From: an uncultured Actinomycetota bacterium
GTDB lineage: Bacteria; Actinomycetota; Humimicrobiia; Humimicrobiales; Humimicrobiaceae
DNA: 36,973 nucleotides
Assembly: GCA_964478985.1 (NCBI GenBank)
Contig: CAYZJW010000001.1
Span: 9,969-46,941 of the forward strand
Reading direction: 5' to 3'
This document shows positions 7,471 through 17,573 of this stretch, in pieces. The notes beneath the pieces were generated by a model, which was not told where the DNA came from, searched no databases, and saw only the letters and a program-made list of their open reading frames with translations. Position 1 is the first letter of the stretch. Every line of letters begins with the position of its first letter. The translations under genes were made by a program, and so were the position numbers.

Positions 7471-8718
7471 TTAATTTTTTATCATCCTGGAAATGAACTC
7501 CCTGAACCGGCTCAAAAACCCCTTTTCATCACTTCCATTATCAGTACCATCCATATCCGCCAGGCTTTCAAGCTGATGTGCATATTTAAGCAGGCCTACA
7601 CCGGTAGAATAGAAAGGCTCGCCGATCACTTCCTGGGGCCCTTCGACTTCTTCCGGAAGCCCCAGCCTGACAGGCATATCGAATACCGATTCCGCAAGCG
7701 CTTTTATCCCTTTAAGCCTGGAAGAACCTCCCGTAAGGACCAGTCCGCACGGCAGTGAATGCATGTAGCCGTGTTCCCGGACTTTTTCTTTTACAAGTTC
7801 AAATATTTCCTTCACCCTTGAATTGACAATATTATACAGTCTGATATTAAGGGTGGTCTTATTCCTGTTTATCTTTATCTCGCCCATATTCACCTTGCTC
7901 AGGTTCTCGTAGAAATCATAGTCTACATTTGCATACTTCTTCTTTATTTCTTCCGCTTTGGCAAATGTTATATTGAGACCCACGGATATGTCATTGGTCA
8001 CAAGGTTGCCGCCCACTGGAAGGCAATAGGTGAATATCATCTTCCTGTCTTTGTATATGGCAATATCGGTTGTCCCGCCCCCGATATCCAGAACCAGGGA
8101 GCCGCTTTCCTTTTCCTCCGAAGTAAGCACTGCTTCGCTGGAAGCCAGGGCTTCAAGTATTATATCCTCGACTTCTATTTTAGAGGACCTTACCGTATTT
8201 ATCACATTATTTATTTGCAGTGATGACCCGTATACTGCCAGCAGCTCCACTGCCAGTTTTCTGGCTGAGAGCCCTATGGGGTCTATTATCCCATTCTCGT
8301 CATCTATGACAAACTGTTTTATAAGTGTGTGTATTATATTATTGGAAGACGGCATGTTTACCCTGTTTGCCTGGGCTATAAGCCTGTCCACATCAGCCTT
8401 CCTTATAAGGTGGTTGGGGGTATTGATGCTGATCTCGCTCCAGTTGGTTACAAATGATATATGCTTCCCGGTCACGCCGATAAATGCTTTGTCTATAAAA
8501 TATTTGGTCGATCTTTCAGCTTCATCTACGGAACTAAGGACTGACCTTGTAGCTTCATTTATATCGACAATCAATCCCTTCTTCATGCCCCTGCAGGGAG
8601 AGATGCCATACCCTATTATCCTGAGGACATTGTTTTTACCTATTTCTCCTATCAGGGTAACTACTTTGGTGGTACCGATATCTATACCGACAATATAACC
8701 ATCCTTGGCTGACAACAA
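7471..8718 (-). CDS. ftsA: Cell division protein FtsA
   Basis: Actin-fold phosphate motifs VGIDIGTTKV and LDIGGGTTDIAI. C-terminal amphipathic FLSRFREFISRMIKN. TTG start with GGAGG upstream. Confidence 0.95.
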   Translation of the reverse strand: MLSAKDGYIVGIDIGTTKVVTLIGEIGKNNVLRIIGYGISPCRGMKKGLIVDINEATRSVLSSVDEAERSTKYFIDKAFIGVTGKHISFVTNWSEISINTPNHLIRKADVDRLIAQANRVNMPSSNNIIHTLIKQFVIDDENGIIDPIGLSARKLAVELLAVYGSSLQINNVINTVRSSKIEVEDIILEALASSEAVLTSEEKESGSLVLDIGGGTTDIAIYKDRKMIFTYCLPVGGNLVTNDISVGLNITFAKAEEIKKKYANVDYDFYENLSKVNMGEIKINRNKTTLNIRLYNIVNSRVKEIFELVKEKVREHGYMHSLPCGLVLTGGSSRLKGIKALAESVFDMPVRLGLPEEVEGPQEVIGEPFYSTGVGLLKYAHQLESLADMDGTDNGSDEKGFLSRFREFISRMIKN

Positions 8719-8727
8719 AACCTCCGC

Positions 8728-9510
8728 TTAATATTTGAACACCGGGTTATCAGGGTTCTTTAAATCTATTATATTATAAATCCTATCTTCTTTTAATAAT
8801 AGTTTTAGTACTTCTATCTTTTTTATAGTCTGGGTGCTGTCACCGAATATTATCTCCAGCCCCTGGCGGGTGGTAAAATATATATCGCCGCTGACATTAT
8901 CCCTGATGCCGGCACCGGTTATAATTTCCCTGAGACCGTCATCAAAGCCTGCATATATGTCAGCGCAGCTTAAGACATTCTTCTTTGCAGCCACATCGCC
9001 CGGTTCAAGCCTATAGCCTTTGGTATCCCTGACTTCCAGGAGGTCTGTATATTCTTCGGGAGCGTTTCTCCCCAGGTCCTCCAGCACAATTCCTTCCCCG
9101 TCCAAAAGATAGCGGATGTCGCCGCGCAGCAGTATAAGTAAAGGCTTTCTTTCTGCCAGGTTTATATCAATAGAGTCAGGAAAGATCTTTTTGAACTCCA
9201 CCGACCTTATCCATACAAGCTTCTCCAGTATCGCATCCTCTGTCTCCTTCTTGTCGGCCTCGAATATATTCTTTCCCTGGATGCCGGGAAGCAGCTCCAT
9301 TATGAGCTCGTCTTCATAATGCGTATTGCCATTTATGTCAATATTCTTTATCCTGAAATAATTACTATTGTAAAAGTAGTTCAACCCCCACAGGGCAGCC
9401 GCAAAAGACGCCAGCACCAGGATGGTCTTTAGTGCCATCCACATCCTCCTGGCAAAGATCTTTCTTCTCCTTGCACCTACCAGGTTTTTTGTTTTTTTTG
9501 TTTCTGCCAC
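8728..9510 (-). CDS. ftsQ: Cell division protein FtsQ/DivIB (POTRA domain)
   Basis: Basic N-terminal tail, one transmembrane helix, then FRIKNIDINGNTHY (start of the POTRA domain). Located between ddl and ftsA. GTG start. Confidence 0.85.
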   Translation of the reverse strand: MAETKKTKNLVGARRRKIFARRMWMALKTILVLASFAAALWGLNYFYNSNYFRIKNIDINGNTHYEDELIMELLPGIQGKNIFEADKKETEDAILEKLVWIRSVEFKKIFPDSIDINLAERKPLLILLRGDIRYLLDGEGIVLEDLGRNAPEEYTDLLEVRDTKGYRLEPGDVAAKKNVLSCADIYAGFDDGLREIITGAGIRDNVSGDIYFTTRQGLEIIFGDSTQTIKKIEVLKLLLKEDRIYNIIDLKNPDNPVFKY

Positions 9511-9511
9511 G

Positions 9512-10504
9512 TCAATAGATCTTCAGGTCAGCACAGTCAAGTATTATTTCTACCAGGTGGTCAAAACTTATGCCAGCCGCGCCGGCAGCCATTGGGACCA
9601 GGCTGGTGGAGGTCATGCCAGGCATGGTATTGATCTCAAGTATATACGGCACATTTTCCTTATCCAGGATGAAATCGGTCCTGGATATACCGCGGCAGCC
9701 GAAATCCAGGTGGCATCTAAGGGCAAGATCCATCACCCTGTCTGTTATTGCCTTATCTATTTCTGCAGGGACAATATACTCGGTAAGGTTTTTAGTATAT
9801 TTTGACTCATAATCAAAAAAGCCGCTTATGGGCTTTATCTCGATCACCGGCAGAACCCTGAGTCCCTGGCCCACTCCTATGACCCCTGCCGTGAGTTCTC
9901 TTCCGCTTATATATTTTTCTATCATCACCCTGCTGTCATATTGTGAGGCCAGTCTTATGCCAGCCTCCAATTCTTCAATGCCGGAAGCCCGGCTGATTCC
10001 GATGGTGGAGCCTTCGGCGTTTGGTTTTATGACTACCGGGTAACCCATGCCCCCTGAGATCTCCCCGTCTACCTGCATTATTTTTTTAAGGGGATCCCCG
10101 GAATCCACTTCAAGAAAAGCGGGCGTGGGAAATCCTTCCTTTGACATTATCTTTTTTGACAGTATCTTATCCATTACCAGGGCGCTGGAAAGCACTCCGG
10201 ACCCCGTATATGGTATCTTAAGGAGTTCCAGAAGGCCCTGCACGGTACCGTCTTCGCCATAACGCCCGTGAAGTGCCAGGAAGGCAATGCCCGTCTTCTT
10301 TATACGTTCAATAAAATCCTCTTCCCGGGGATCTATAAGCACGGCAGAATAGCCGGACCTGTGCAGGGAATCAAGAATATTATTGCCTGTCTTTATGGAT
10401 ATTTCTCTTTCCGAAGATATGCCTCCAGCCAGTACCCCTATTATGATGTCCTTCCTTTTTTGCCTTATCCTTAGTCCGCCAATATCCGGCATGTTTATTT
10501 CCAT
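9512..10504 (-). CDS. ddl: D-alanine--D-alanine ligase
   Basis: LHGRYGEDGTVQGLLELL, the ATP-grasp core, and LEINTMPGMTSTS. Confidence 0.95.
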   Translation of the reverse strand: MEINMPDIGGLRIRQKRKDIIIGVLAGGISSEREISIKTGNNILDSLHRSGYSAVLIDPREEDFIERIKKTGIAFLALHGRYGEDGTVQGLLELLKIPYTGSGVLSSALVMDKILSKKIMSKEGFPTPAFLEVDSGDPLKKIMQVDGEISGGMGYPVVIKPNAEGSTIGISRASGIEELEAGIRLASQYDSRVMIEKYISGRELTAGVIGVGQGLRVLPVIEIKPISGFFDYESKYTKNLTEYIVPAEIDKAITDRVMDLALRCHLDFGCRGISRTDFILDKENVPYILEINTMPGMTSTSLVPMAAGAAGISFDHLVEIILDCADLKIY

Positions 10505-10508
10505 TTGA

Positions 10509-11426
10509 TCATCCTATCAGTTTTACTTCATATTCGAGAAGAATCCCGTACCTTTCCTTTACCTTATCCATCATTATCCTGGATAGTACCACAATATCTT
10601 CCGGCGAGGCATCTCTTACATTCTCAATAAAATTTGCATGTATGGGTGAGACCCGGGCGCCGCCATAAGAAAAACCTTTCAGCCCGCATTCATCTATAAG
10701 GGCTCCGGCAGGACTGTCAGTATTTTCCGGATTCTTAAAGAAGCATCCGCTGGTCCTGGCACCCACAGGCTGTGTCTTTCTCCTCCTGTCCATTTCCTTT
10801 CTGATCCTTTCTGCCAGTTCATCTTCCCCGGACCTGGCAGGCTTTAATACCGCGGATACTACAGCAGTCATCCCCGGTATGCCCTGGGACCTGTAGCCGG
10901 CATGCAGATCGCTTCCGCTGCATTCTTCTAAAGTAAATCCCTTCTCCGTCTTCCGGATATAATCCAGTTTGATGATGCTGCCGCATATCCAGCTGCCGGA
11001 GGAGCCGCTGTTTCCGGCCACGGCTCCGCCCAGCGTACCCGGTATGCCGGTCATAAAAGCCAGGTCAAGTCCCCTGGCTGCAGCTTTTGTTACCAGCAGC
11101 TTCATTTCCGCGGCTGCCCCTGCGGTTATATTGCCCGATCTGTCTATTTCTATATTTTTCATCGGCTTCCCCAGCTTTATGAGAACCAGATCAAGGTACT
11201 TGCCGGTAAATACTATATTGGTGCCGCCTCCGATCATCAGGTAGCGGATATTTTCTTCTTCCAGCAGATTCAAAAGTCCTGCCAGCGAGGGGGCGGCATC
11301 TACCGTGATCAGGGCAGCAGCCTTTCCCCCTGCCCCCATAGAACATAATCTAGCCGTATTGCAGTCGGGGACAGTGTCTTTTATACCTGCCTTATCCGCT
11401 ATTTTCTTTATTCTTGAATAATTCAT
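10509..11426 (-). CDS. murB: UDP-N-acetylenolpyruvoylglucosamine reductase
   Basis: FAD-binding IGGGTNIVF, SGCFFKNP and AGALIDECGLKG motifs. Confidence 0.93.
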   Translation of the reverse strand: MNYSRIKKIADKAGIKDTVPDCNTARLCSMGAGGKAAALITVDAAPSLAGLLNLLEEENIRYLMIGGGTNIVFTGKYLDLVLIKLGKPMKNIEIDRSGNITAGAAAEMKLLVTKAAARGLDLAFMTGIPGTLGGAVAGNSGSSGSWICGSIIKLDYIRKTEKGFTLEECSGSDLHAGYRSQGIPGMTAVVSAVLKPARSGEDELAERIRKEMDRRRKTQPVGARTSGCFFKNPENTDSPAGALIDECGLKGFSYGGARVSPIHANFIENVRDASPEDIVVLSRIMMDKVKERYGILLEYEVKLIG

Positions 11427-12786
11427 CGGTTACCCTGGTTATGTCTCCCGCACCCATAAGCAGCAGCATGTCTCCCGACCTTATCTGGCTGTCAATATAG
11501 CCGGAAATATCTGACAGGCGCGGGATATATGCAATTTTACTGCTAAAATCATTGTCCAGTATGGAGTCTACCAGCGCCTTTCCGTTTATACCTGGAAGGG
11601 GCTGCTCCCCGGCGCCATAGACATCAGTGATGACAAGGATATCGCTTTTCTGGAAAGCGCCTCCAAATTCCCGGCTCAGGTGGGCCAGCCTGGAATACCG
11701 GTGAGGCTGGAACACCGCTATCACCCTGCCCTCTCCTTTGCCGGTAAAGGCAGCTTCCAGGGTGGCTTTTATCTCTGAAGGATGATGGGCATAGTCATCA
11801 AATACTTCGGCGCCTCTGATCTGCCCCCTTCTTTCAAATCTTCTTTTGACACCGGTAAAGCCTTCGAGGATATGGGCCGCTTTTTCCATGTCCTGGCCCA
11901 GGGCTCTGCAGGCGGCCAATGCTGCCATGCTGTTTTTTATATTATGGAGCCCGGGCACATTAAGGTTTATCCTGAGGGAACTGTTTCCGTAATCCAGGGT
12001 ATAGGATGAACCCAGGCCGCGGTATCCGATATCGGAAGCAGATATATCATTGCCGGCTGAAAGGCCGAAAGTTATTATGTTCAGGTCATCCCTGCGGGGT
12101 ATGCTGCCAGGGTCTGTCTCGTCGCCGTTTATCAACAGCCATCCGCCTTTTTTTATATTAAGCATAAACCTGGTAAAGCTTTCCTTTAACTGGTCCATAC
12201 TGCTGTAATGGTCAAAATGGTCCGGTTCTATATTGGTTATGATCCCTATGAACGGCCGGTACTTTAAAAAGGACCCGTCGCTTTCACAGGCTTCGGCTAC
12301 CACATACTGGCTATTGCCGCTTTTGGCATTTGAACCCAGCTCATTCAATTCGCCGCCCACCACTATGGTAGGATCAAGGCCAAGCCCCCTGAAGACCATG
12401 GATATCATGGAGGTAGTGGTGGTCTTTCCATGGGTACCGGCTACAGCTATGCCCTGCTTGAGATTTATTATCCATGACAGTATATCAGACCGGCTGAAAA
12501 CCGGGATACCTGCTTTACCTGCCCGGATCAGCTCTGGATTATCTGCCGGTATGGCGGCAGAATAGATGACTGCCTGGGAATCTTTAACATTTTCACCGCA
12601 GTGTCCTATGATGACAGGTATGCCTTCCTTCCGCAGGAGCAGGGTATACCTGGAATCCTTCATATCGGACCCCCTTACATCATATCCCATTCCCGCCAGC
12701 ACCAGCGCTATGGCGCTCATGCCGGCTCCGCCTATGCCTACCAGGAAATATTTCCGGTATTTATCAAATCCATTATCTTGTCTCAA
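11392..12786 (-). CDS. murC: UDP-N-acetylmuramate--L-alanine ligase
   Basis: VGIGGAGMSAIALVL, VAGTHGKTTTTSM and DDYAHHPSEI. The TTG start overlaps the murG TGA as TTGA. Confidence 0.95.
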   Translation of the reverse strand: MRQDNGFDKYRKYFLVGIGGAGMSAIALVLAGMGYDVRGSDMKDSRYTLLLRKEGIPVIIGHCGENVKDSQAVIYSAAIPADNPELIRAGKAGIPVFSRSDILSWIINLKQGIAVAGTHGKTTTTSMISMVFRGLGLDPTIVVGGELNELGSNAKSGNSQYVVAEACESDGSFLKYRPFIGIITNIEPDHFDHYSSMDQLKESFTRFMLNIKKGGWLLINGDETDPGSIPRRDDLNIITFGLSAGNDISASDIGYRGLGSSYTLDYGNSSLRINLNVPGLHNIKNSMAALAACRALGQDMEKAAHILEGFTGVKRRFERRGQIRGAEVFDDYAHHPSEIKATLEAAFTGKGEGRVIAVFQPHRYSRLAHLSREFGGAFQKSDILVITDVYGAGEQPLPGINGKALVDSILDNDFSSKIAYIPRLSDISGYIDSQIRSGDMLLLMGAGDITRVTDELFKNKENSG

Positions 12787-13922
12787 TAAACATCCTCCAT
12801 CAGTTTATTGCATATTATAGCGGAGCTGTCCATATTTGTTATGTCCTGACAGCAATCCCTCATCTTATTATATACTTTCCTTTCCCCTTTAAGCAGATAT
12901 TTTATCTTGTTTTCCAGCAGTCCGGGCTTGAGGTCTTTTTCTTCTATCAATATCGACCTGCCCTGCTTTTGCATATAGCGGGCATTATATGTCTGATGAT
13001 CATCTATGGCAAATGGATAGGGTATAAGGATAGAAGGGATACCTGCTGCCGCTGTCTCGAATATGGTATTCGCTCCCGCCCTGGCGATTACCAGATCGGT
13101 TACACGATAGACTTTTTCTATATCATCTATGAAGGGATATACCCTGATATCTATGCGGCCGCCGGGATCCATTCCCCTGACAGCGGCCGCCACATGCTCA
13201 TAAAACCTGGTGCCGGTGATAAGGAGGACCTGTATAGAGTTCTCCCCGTCCTTCATCGCTGTCAGCTCCAGCAATGAACTGTTTATCCTTTCGGCTCCCT
13301 GGCTTCCCCCGAATGCGGTTATAGTGAATTTTCCGGGCGCAAGCCCCCATTTCTTATAGTCTGGGGCCAGTTTTGCCGAATTCTTTATGCTTTTCCTTAC
13401 TGGATTGCCGGAAAATATAATATTTACCCTGCCCTTTTCCAGGTATTTTTCCGTATCCCTGAAGCTGGAAAAGAAATAACTGGCTCTCCTGGAAAAAAGC
13501 CGGTTAAGCCTTCCCGGGATATAATTCTGCTCATGCAGGGCAAAACCGGTCCTGGAAACAATTGCTGCCAGAAGTACAGGGGCACAGATATAGCCCCCCA
13601 TTCCCAGGACTGCATCTATGTTTTTTTTCCTGATTATCGACAGCGACTTAAAAAAACCGGGTATAAGCTCCAGCAAAAACATCAGGTATACTGCCGTTTT
13701 CCTCAGCAGGCTGCCGCCGCCGGCAAGTCCCCGTCCCCGCACGGCATGGAATTCTATTCCCATGGCTGTTATCAGCCTGCGGCCGGAGCCCCTGCCGGAC
13801 CCTATAAAGGTCATGGATGTCCCCGGATAATAATCCCTGATATGTTCTATTATTGCCACTGCCGGGTAAAGGTGTCCCCCGGTCCCTCCCCCGGCTATCA
13901 GTATGTTCTTTTCATTCATCAT
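12783..13922 (-). CDS. murG: Lipid II-forming N-acetylglucosaminyltransferase MurG
   Basis: IAGGGTGGHLYPAVAI and C-terminal ARAGANTIFETAAAGIPSILIP. Confidence 0.95.
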   Translation of the reverse strand: MMNEKNILIAGGGTGGHLYPAVAIIEHIRDYYPGTSMTFIGSGRGSGRRLITAMGIEFHAVRGRGLAGGGSLLRKTAVYLMFLLELIPGFFKSLSIIRKKNIDAVLGMGGYICAPVLLAAIVSRTGFALHEQNYIPGRLNRLFSRRASYFFSSFRDTEKYLEKGRVNIIFSGNPVRKSIKNSAKLAPDYKKWGLAPGKFTITAFGGSQGAERINSSLLELTAMKDGENSIQVLLITGTRFYEHVAAAVRGMDPGGRIDIRVYPFIDDIEKVYRVTDLVIARAGANTIFETAAAGIPSILIPYPFAIDDHQTYNARYMQKQGRSILIEEKDLKPGLLENKIKYLLKGERKVYNKMRDCCQDITNMDSSAIICNKLMEDVY

Positions 13923-15087
13923 TCACCTTGCTGTTGATATCCTTCTTTATCCTCCTGACCAGCAGGTTCTGCCTGGAAATATTGAGCAGTATGCCTGCAC
14001 CAGTCATATTTATCATAAGGGATGAGCCGCCCCAACTTATAAAGGGGAGAGTAAGCCCGGTCACGGGTATCAGCCCGGTCACTACCGACATATTTATGAT
14101 CGCAGGTATTGCGATCATTCCTGTGAGTCCTGCCGCCATGGCCCTGCCAAAGTCTTCTGTAGTCCTTGAGACTATCCTTATGCCAAAGAAAGCAAATAAT
14201 AAAAACAGAAGGACTATTATCATTGTCCCTATAAGGCCCAGTTCCTCACCAGCAATGGCAAAGATAAAGTCAGTCTGGGCTGCAGGAAGATAGGAGTATT
14301 TCTGGACGCTGTTGCCCAGGCCCAGGCCTGTTATATTGCCCGAGCCCAGGGCTATCAGGGACTGGTTTACCTGGAAATTGGCGCTTTCCCCCCCGGCCGT
14401 ACCGTTAAAAAAAGCAAGGATCCTTTCCCTCCTGTAATCCTCCAGGAATGAATATGCGGCAGCTACCAGGATCCCGAAAAGGCCAAGCCCCAGCATGTGA
14501 TGGAGCCTTACCTGGCCGACATATAATACCATAAACACTATGAGCCATATGACTATTACCGTACTCAGGTCAGGCTCCAGGAATATAAGCACGGTTATCA
14601 GGCAAAGCACAAAGAAAGAAGGCCAGAGCAGCCTTTTTATCCCTGGCTGCTTCCGGTAATCCCTGTTTATCCTGTCGGCAAAAAATATTACCAGGGCAAG
14701 CTTGGCAAATTCTGAGGGCTGGGGGCTGAAAAACCATAGATCCAGCCATCTCCTGGCTCCGCCTGATTCCACGCCGAAACCAGGTATCAGGACCAGTGCC
14801 AGAAGCCCTATTATGATGAGTATTAAAAAGCTGGAGAACCGGCGGTATTTTTTATAATCTATCCTGGAGGCAGCCAGGAAGAATATAAAGGATATAAACC
14901 ACCAGATGACCTGCCTCCTTATAAACCAGTAGGGGTCATTGAAAAACCTCTCACCTACGGATATGGAGGCGCTGGAGATCATTATTACCCCTATTATGGA
15001 AAGGATAAGGGTGATTATGAACAGGAAATAATATTCCAGCCCTATGCTGAATATCCTGTGTCTTTTTATATGTGGTACATCTGTCAT
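13912..15087 (-). CDS. ftsW: SEDS-family peptidoglycan glycosyltransferase FtsW
   Basis: Polytopic membrane protein with FSPQPSEFAKLALV and SWGGSS motifs. I trimmed the track ORF to the ATG at 15087 (MTDVPHIKRH...), which overlaps the murD TGA as ATGA. Confidence 0.92.
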   Translation of the reverse strand: MTDVPHIKRHRIFSIGLEYYFLFIITLILSIIGVIMISSASISVGERFFNDPYWFIRRQVIWWFISFIFFLAASRIDYKKYRRFSSFLILIIIGLLALVLIPGFGVESGGARRWLDLWFFSPQPSEFAKLALVIFFADRINRDYRKQPGIKRLLWPSFFVLCLITVLIFLEPDLSTVIVIWLIVFMVLYVGQVRLHHMLGLGLFGILVAAAYSFLEDYRRERILAFFNGTAGGESANFQVNQSLIALGSGNITGLGLGNSVQKYSYLPAAQTDFIFAIAGEELGLIGTMIIVLLFLLFAFFGIRIVSRTTEDFGRAMAAGLTGMIAIPAIINMSVVTGLIPVTGLTLPFISWGGSSLMINMTGAGILLNISRQNLLVRRIKKDINSKVNDE

Positions 15088-16523
15088 ATTTTTTGCCTGG
15101 CAAAAACAGCTTTTTTGAACCTGTTCCCCCTGTCCCTGTAGTCGGCGAACATGTCCATGCTGGCGCATCCGGGAGACAGCAGGAGGACATCCCCCCTGGA
15201 GGTGATGTCGAGACCTTTTTCCACCGCCTCTTCCATGGTGCTGCAGATATAGATGCCAATACCGGCTTCACGGCTGAATAATCTCTGCATCTTTTCCGCT
15301 GAGCTGCCTATGAGGATTATATTTTTTACCGAAGTCCTGAGTGAGGGTATGACCGCCCTGAAGTCCATTTCCTTATCCAGTCCGCCCATAATTATGGTGA
15401 CTACCCTGTCGAAATCCCTTAGCGCTGCTATTATGGAACCGGGGTTGGTAGACTTGGAATCATTTATGCACCTTATGCCTGATACCAGTCCCAGGTATTC
15501 CATCCTGTGGCTGAGGGGCCTGAAATCCCTTATGGCAGCTCCGGCGCTATCCGGGTCTGCACCCATCATAAGAGCTGCAGCCGCAGAAGCTGCCGCATTG
15601 GACATATTGTGCATGCCCTTAAGCATGGCCCCTTCTATATCGATCTTTCCCTCCATGGGGGGTATCCGGTAGTGGATATGGCAGTCTTCGTACCAGACTT
15701 CGGGTTCACTGCCGGGATCCAGGCTGTATCTTATCAGCCGCGGTCCCTGTTCCCTGCCGCTTATGCAGGGTATCAGGGAAAAAGCCATGCTGTCATCCAT
15801 ATTTATTATGGCAAAATCCTGGCTGTCCTGGCGGGCAAAAAGCTTCATCTTTAACCGGGCATATTCACTGATGTCTCCATGCCGGTCCAAATGGTCGCTG
15901 GTGATATTCAGGAGTACTCCCGCAAAGGGCTTAAAAGTCTGTGACCTTTCCAGCTGGAAACTGCTTACTTCCACCACTCTTATAATATCATCATCAAAAG
16001 CGCATCCTGAGATCCCGTCGATCTTTATGGTATCCAGGACAGGCGACCCCACATTTCCGCATACCCTGTTTTCCAGTCCGGCACTGTCCAGTATAGCTCC
16101 TATAAGTCTTACCGCTGTGGTCTTGCCATTGGTGCCGGTGACTGCTGCCAGCCTTGACCTCTGCCCTGGATTTAGAAGCCTGAATGAAAGCTCCAGTTCA
16201 TCCCATACCGGGATACCGGCTTCATCGGCCAGTGAAAGAAGCCTGTTGGCAGGAGGTATCCCGGGACTGGCTATGACCAGGTCTACTCCTTCCAGTATCC
16301 GGCTTTCAGCATCATGATCAGGCTTTAACACCACTTCTATACTTCCCTCTTTAACTGCGCCGGCAAAGAGACCCAGTTTTCCCGGATCAAGAGAGGTATT
16401 GTTGTCAAATGCGGTTATATGGTTTCCCAGGCCTGCAAGAGTCCTGGATGTGTTTATGCCTGTAAGCCCCAGGCCCATTACCAGTATCTTTTTTTTCTGG
16501 AAAATAATATCAATACTTTTCAT
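15084..16523 (-). CDS. murD: UDP-N-acetylmuramoylalanine--D-glutamate ligase
   Basis: ILVMGLGLTGINTSR and AVTGTNGKTT, with Mur ligase middle and C-terminal domains. Confidence 0.95.
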   Translation of the reverse strand: MKSIDIIFQKKKILVMGLGLTGINTSRTLAGLGNHITAFDNNTSLDPGKLGLFAGAVKEGSIEVVLKPDHDAESRILEGVDLVIASPGIPPANRLLSLADEAGIPVWDELELSFRLLNPGQRSRLAAVTGTNGKTTAVRLIGAILDSAGLENRVCGNVGSPVLDTIKIDGISGCAFDDDIIRVVEVSSFQLERSQTFKPFAGVLLNITSDHLDRHGDISEYARLKMKLFARQDSQDFAIINMDDSMAFSLIPCISGREQGPRLIRYSLDPGSEPEVWYEDCHIHYRIPPMEGKIDIEGAMLKGMHNMSNAAASAAAALMMGADPDSAGAAIRDFRPLSHRMEYLGLVSGIRCINDSKSTNPGSIIAALRDFDRVVTIIMGGLDKEMDFRAVIPSLRTSVKNIILIGSSAEKMQRLFSREAGIGIYICSTMEEAVEKGLDITSRGDVLLLSPGCASMDMFADYRDRGNRFKKAVFARQKI

Positions 16524-16534
16524 GACAGACCTGA

Positions 16535-17548
16535 TCAGTCAATGAATTTTAAATAATATATGAAAAAACCTGTGGCAGCAAAAATAGCGCAGACCAGCCA
16601 GAACCTTATGATAACCCTTATCTCCGGCCATCCCAGCAGTTCGAAATGATGGTGTATGGGTGCCATCTTGAACACCCTTTTTTTAAACGCCTTAAACCAG
16701 AGGACCTGTATTATTACTGAAAGAGTCTCGGCTACGAATAATCCTCCTATTACTATAAGCAGTATCTCCTGCTTCAGGACTATGGCTATGGCGGCAATAA
16801 GCCCCCCCAGGCCAAAAGAACCGGTATCACCCATAAAGATCTCCGCCGGTGATGTATTCCACCACAAAAACCCTATGCAGGCAGCTATGGCGCTGCCGCC
16901 TATTACAGCTACATCTATGCTGTATGAAAGGTCAAGTATAGTCCACTCCAGAAAAGCAATAAAACAGAAAACGGCTATGACTATCGAGGCAGAACCGGCA
17001 GCCAGACCGTCCAGTCCGTCTGTAAGGTTTACGGCATTTGTGGAAGACAGGATTATAAGTACCACTAGCACATAATACCAGTATCCAAGCTCCACGCTTA
17101 TGGCTGTAAATGGGATATTGATATATGTGCCCAGGTCCAGGATATGATGGTAGAATAATATGAAATATACGCATATGAGTACCAGCAGGAATATCTTTAC
17201 CCATCCCCTGAGGCCTATGGAGCGCTGTTTCCTTAATGCCATATAGTCATCGATAAAGCCTACTATGCTGCATAAAAGCAGTATGGAGGTCACGAAAAAG
17301 CCCTCCATGCTGTAATCCTGGTATCTGTAGTACTTGATAAGGGTGACTATTATAAAGGCGGCAATGGAGGAAAGTACTATTACTATGCCGCCCATAGTCG
17401 GGGTACCGGCTTTGGCGGTATGGGTCCTGGGGCCGTCTATCCTTATCCTTTCGCCTATTGCCCTTGCCTTCTGGAACCTTATAAACAAAGGAGTAAGTAC
17501 CAGCGAAAGGAATCCTCCCAGTGTTATCGATAAAAATATCCAGTTCAT
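16535..17548 (-). CDS. mraY: Phospho-N-acetylmuramoyl-pentapeptide transferase
   Basis: GTPTMGG, NAVNLTDGLDGLA, MGDTGSFGLGG and APIHHHFE. Confidence 0.97.
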   Translation of the reverse strand: MNWIFLSITLGGFLSLVLTPLFIRFQKARAIGERIRIDGPRTHTAKAGTPTMGGIVIVLSSIAAFIIVTLIKYYRYQDYSMEGFFVTSILLLCSIVGFIDDYMALRKQRSIGLRGWVKIFLLVLICVYFILFYHHILDLGTYINIPFTAISVELGYWYYVLVVLIILSSTNAVNLTDGLDGLAAGSASIVIAVFCFIAFLEWTILDLSYSIDVAVIGGSAIAACIGFLWWNTSPAEIFMGDTGSFGLGGLIAAIAIVLKQEILLIVIGGLFVAETLSVIIQVLWFKAFKKRVFKMAPIHHHFELLGWPEIRVIIRFWLVCAIFAATGFFIYYLKFID

Positions 17549-17573
17549 TAAACCCTGCTCCTTAAGGATAGCA

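Noticed and set aside
15088-15168. 27-codon N-terminal extension of ftsW in the track ORF
   Set aside because: It would overlap the murD 3' end by 85 nt and encodes a non-membrane, Gln/Gly-rich peptide. The ATG at 15087 gives a canonical ATGA coupling with the murD stop.
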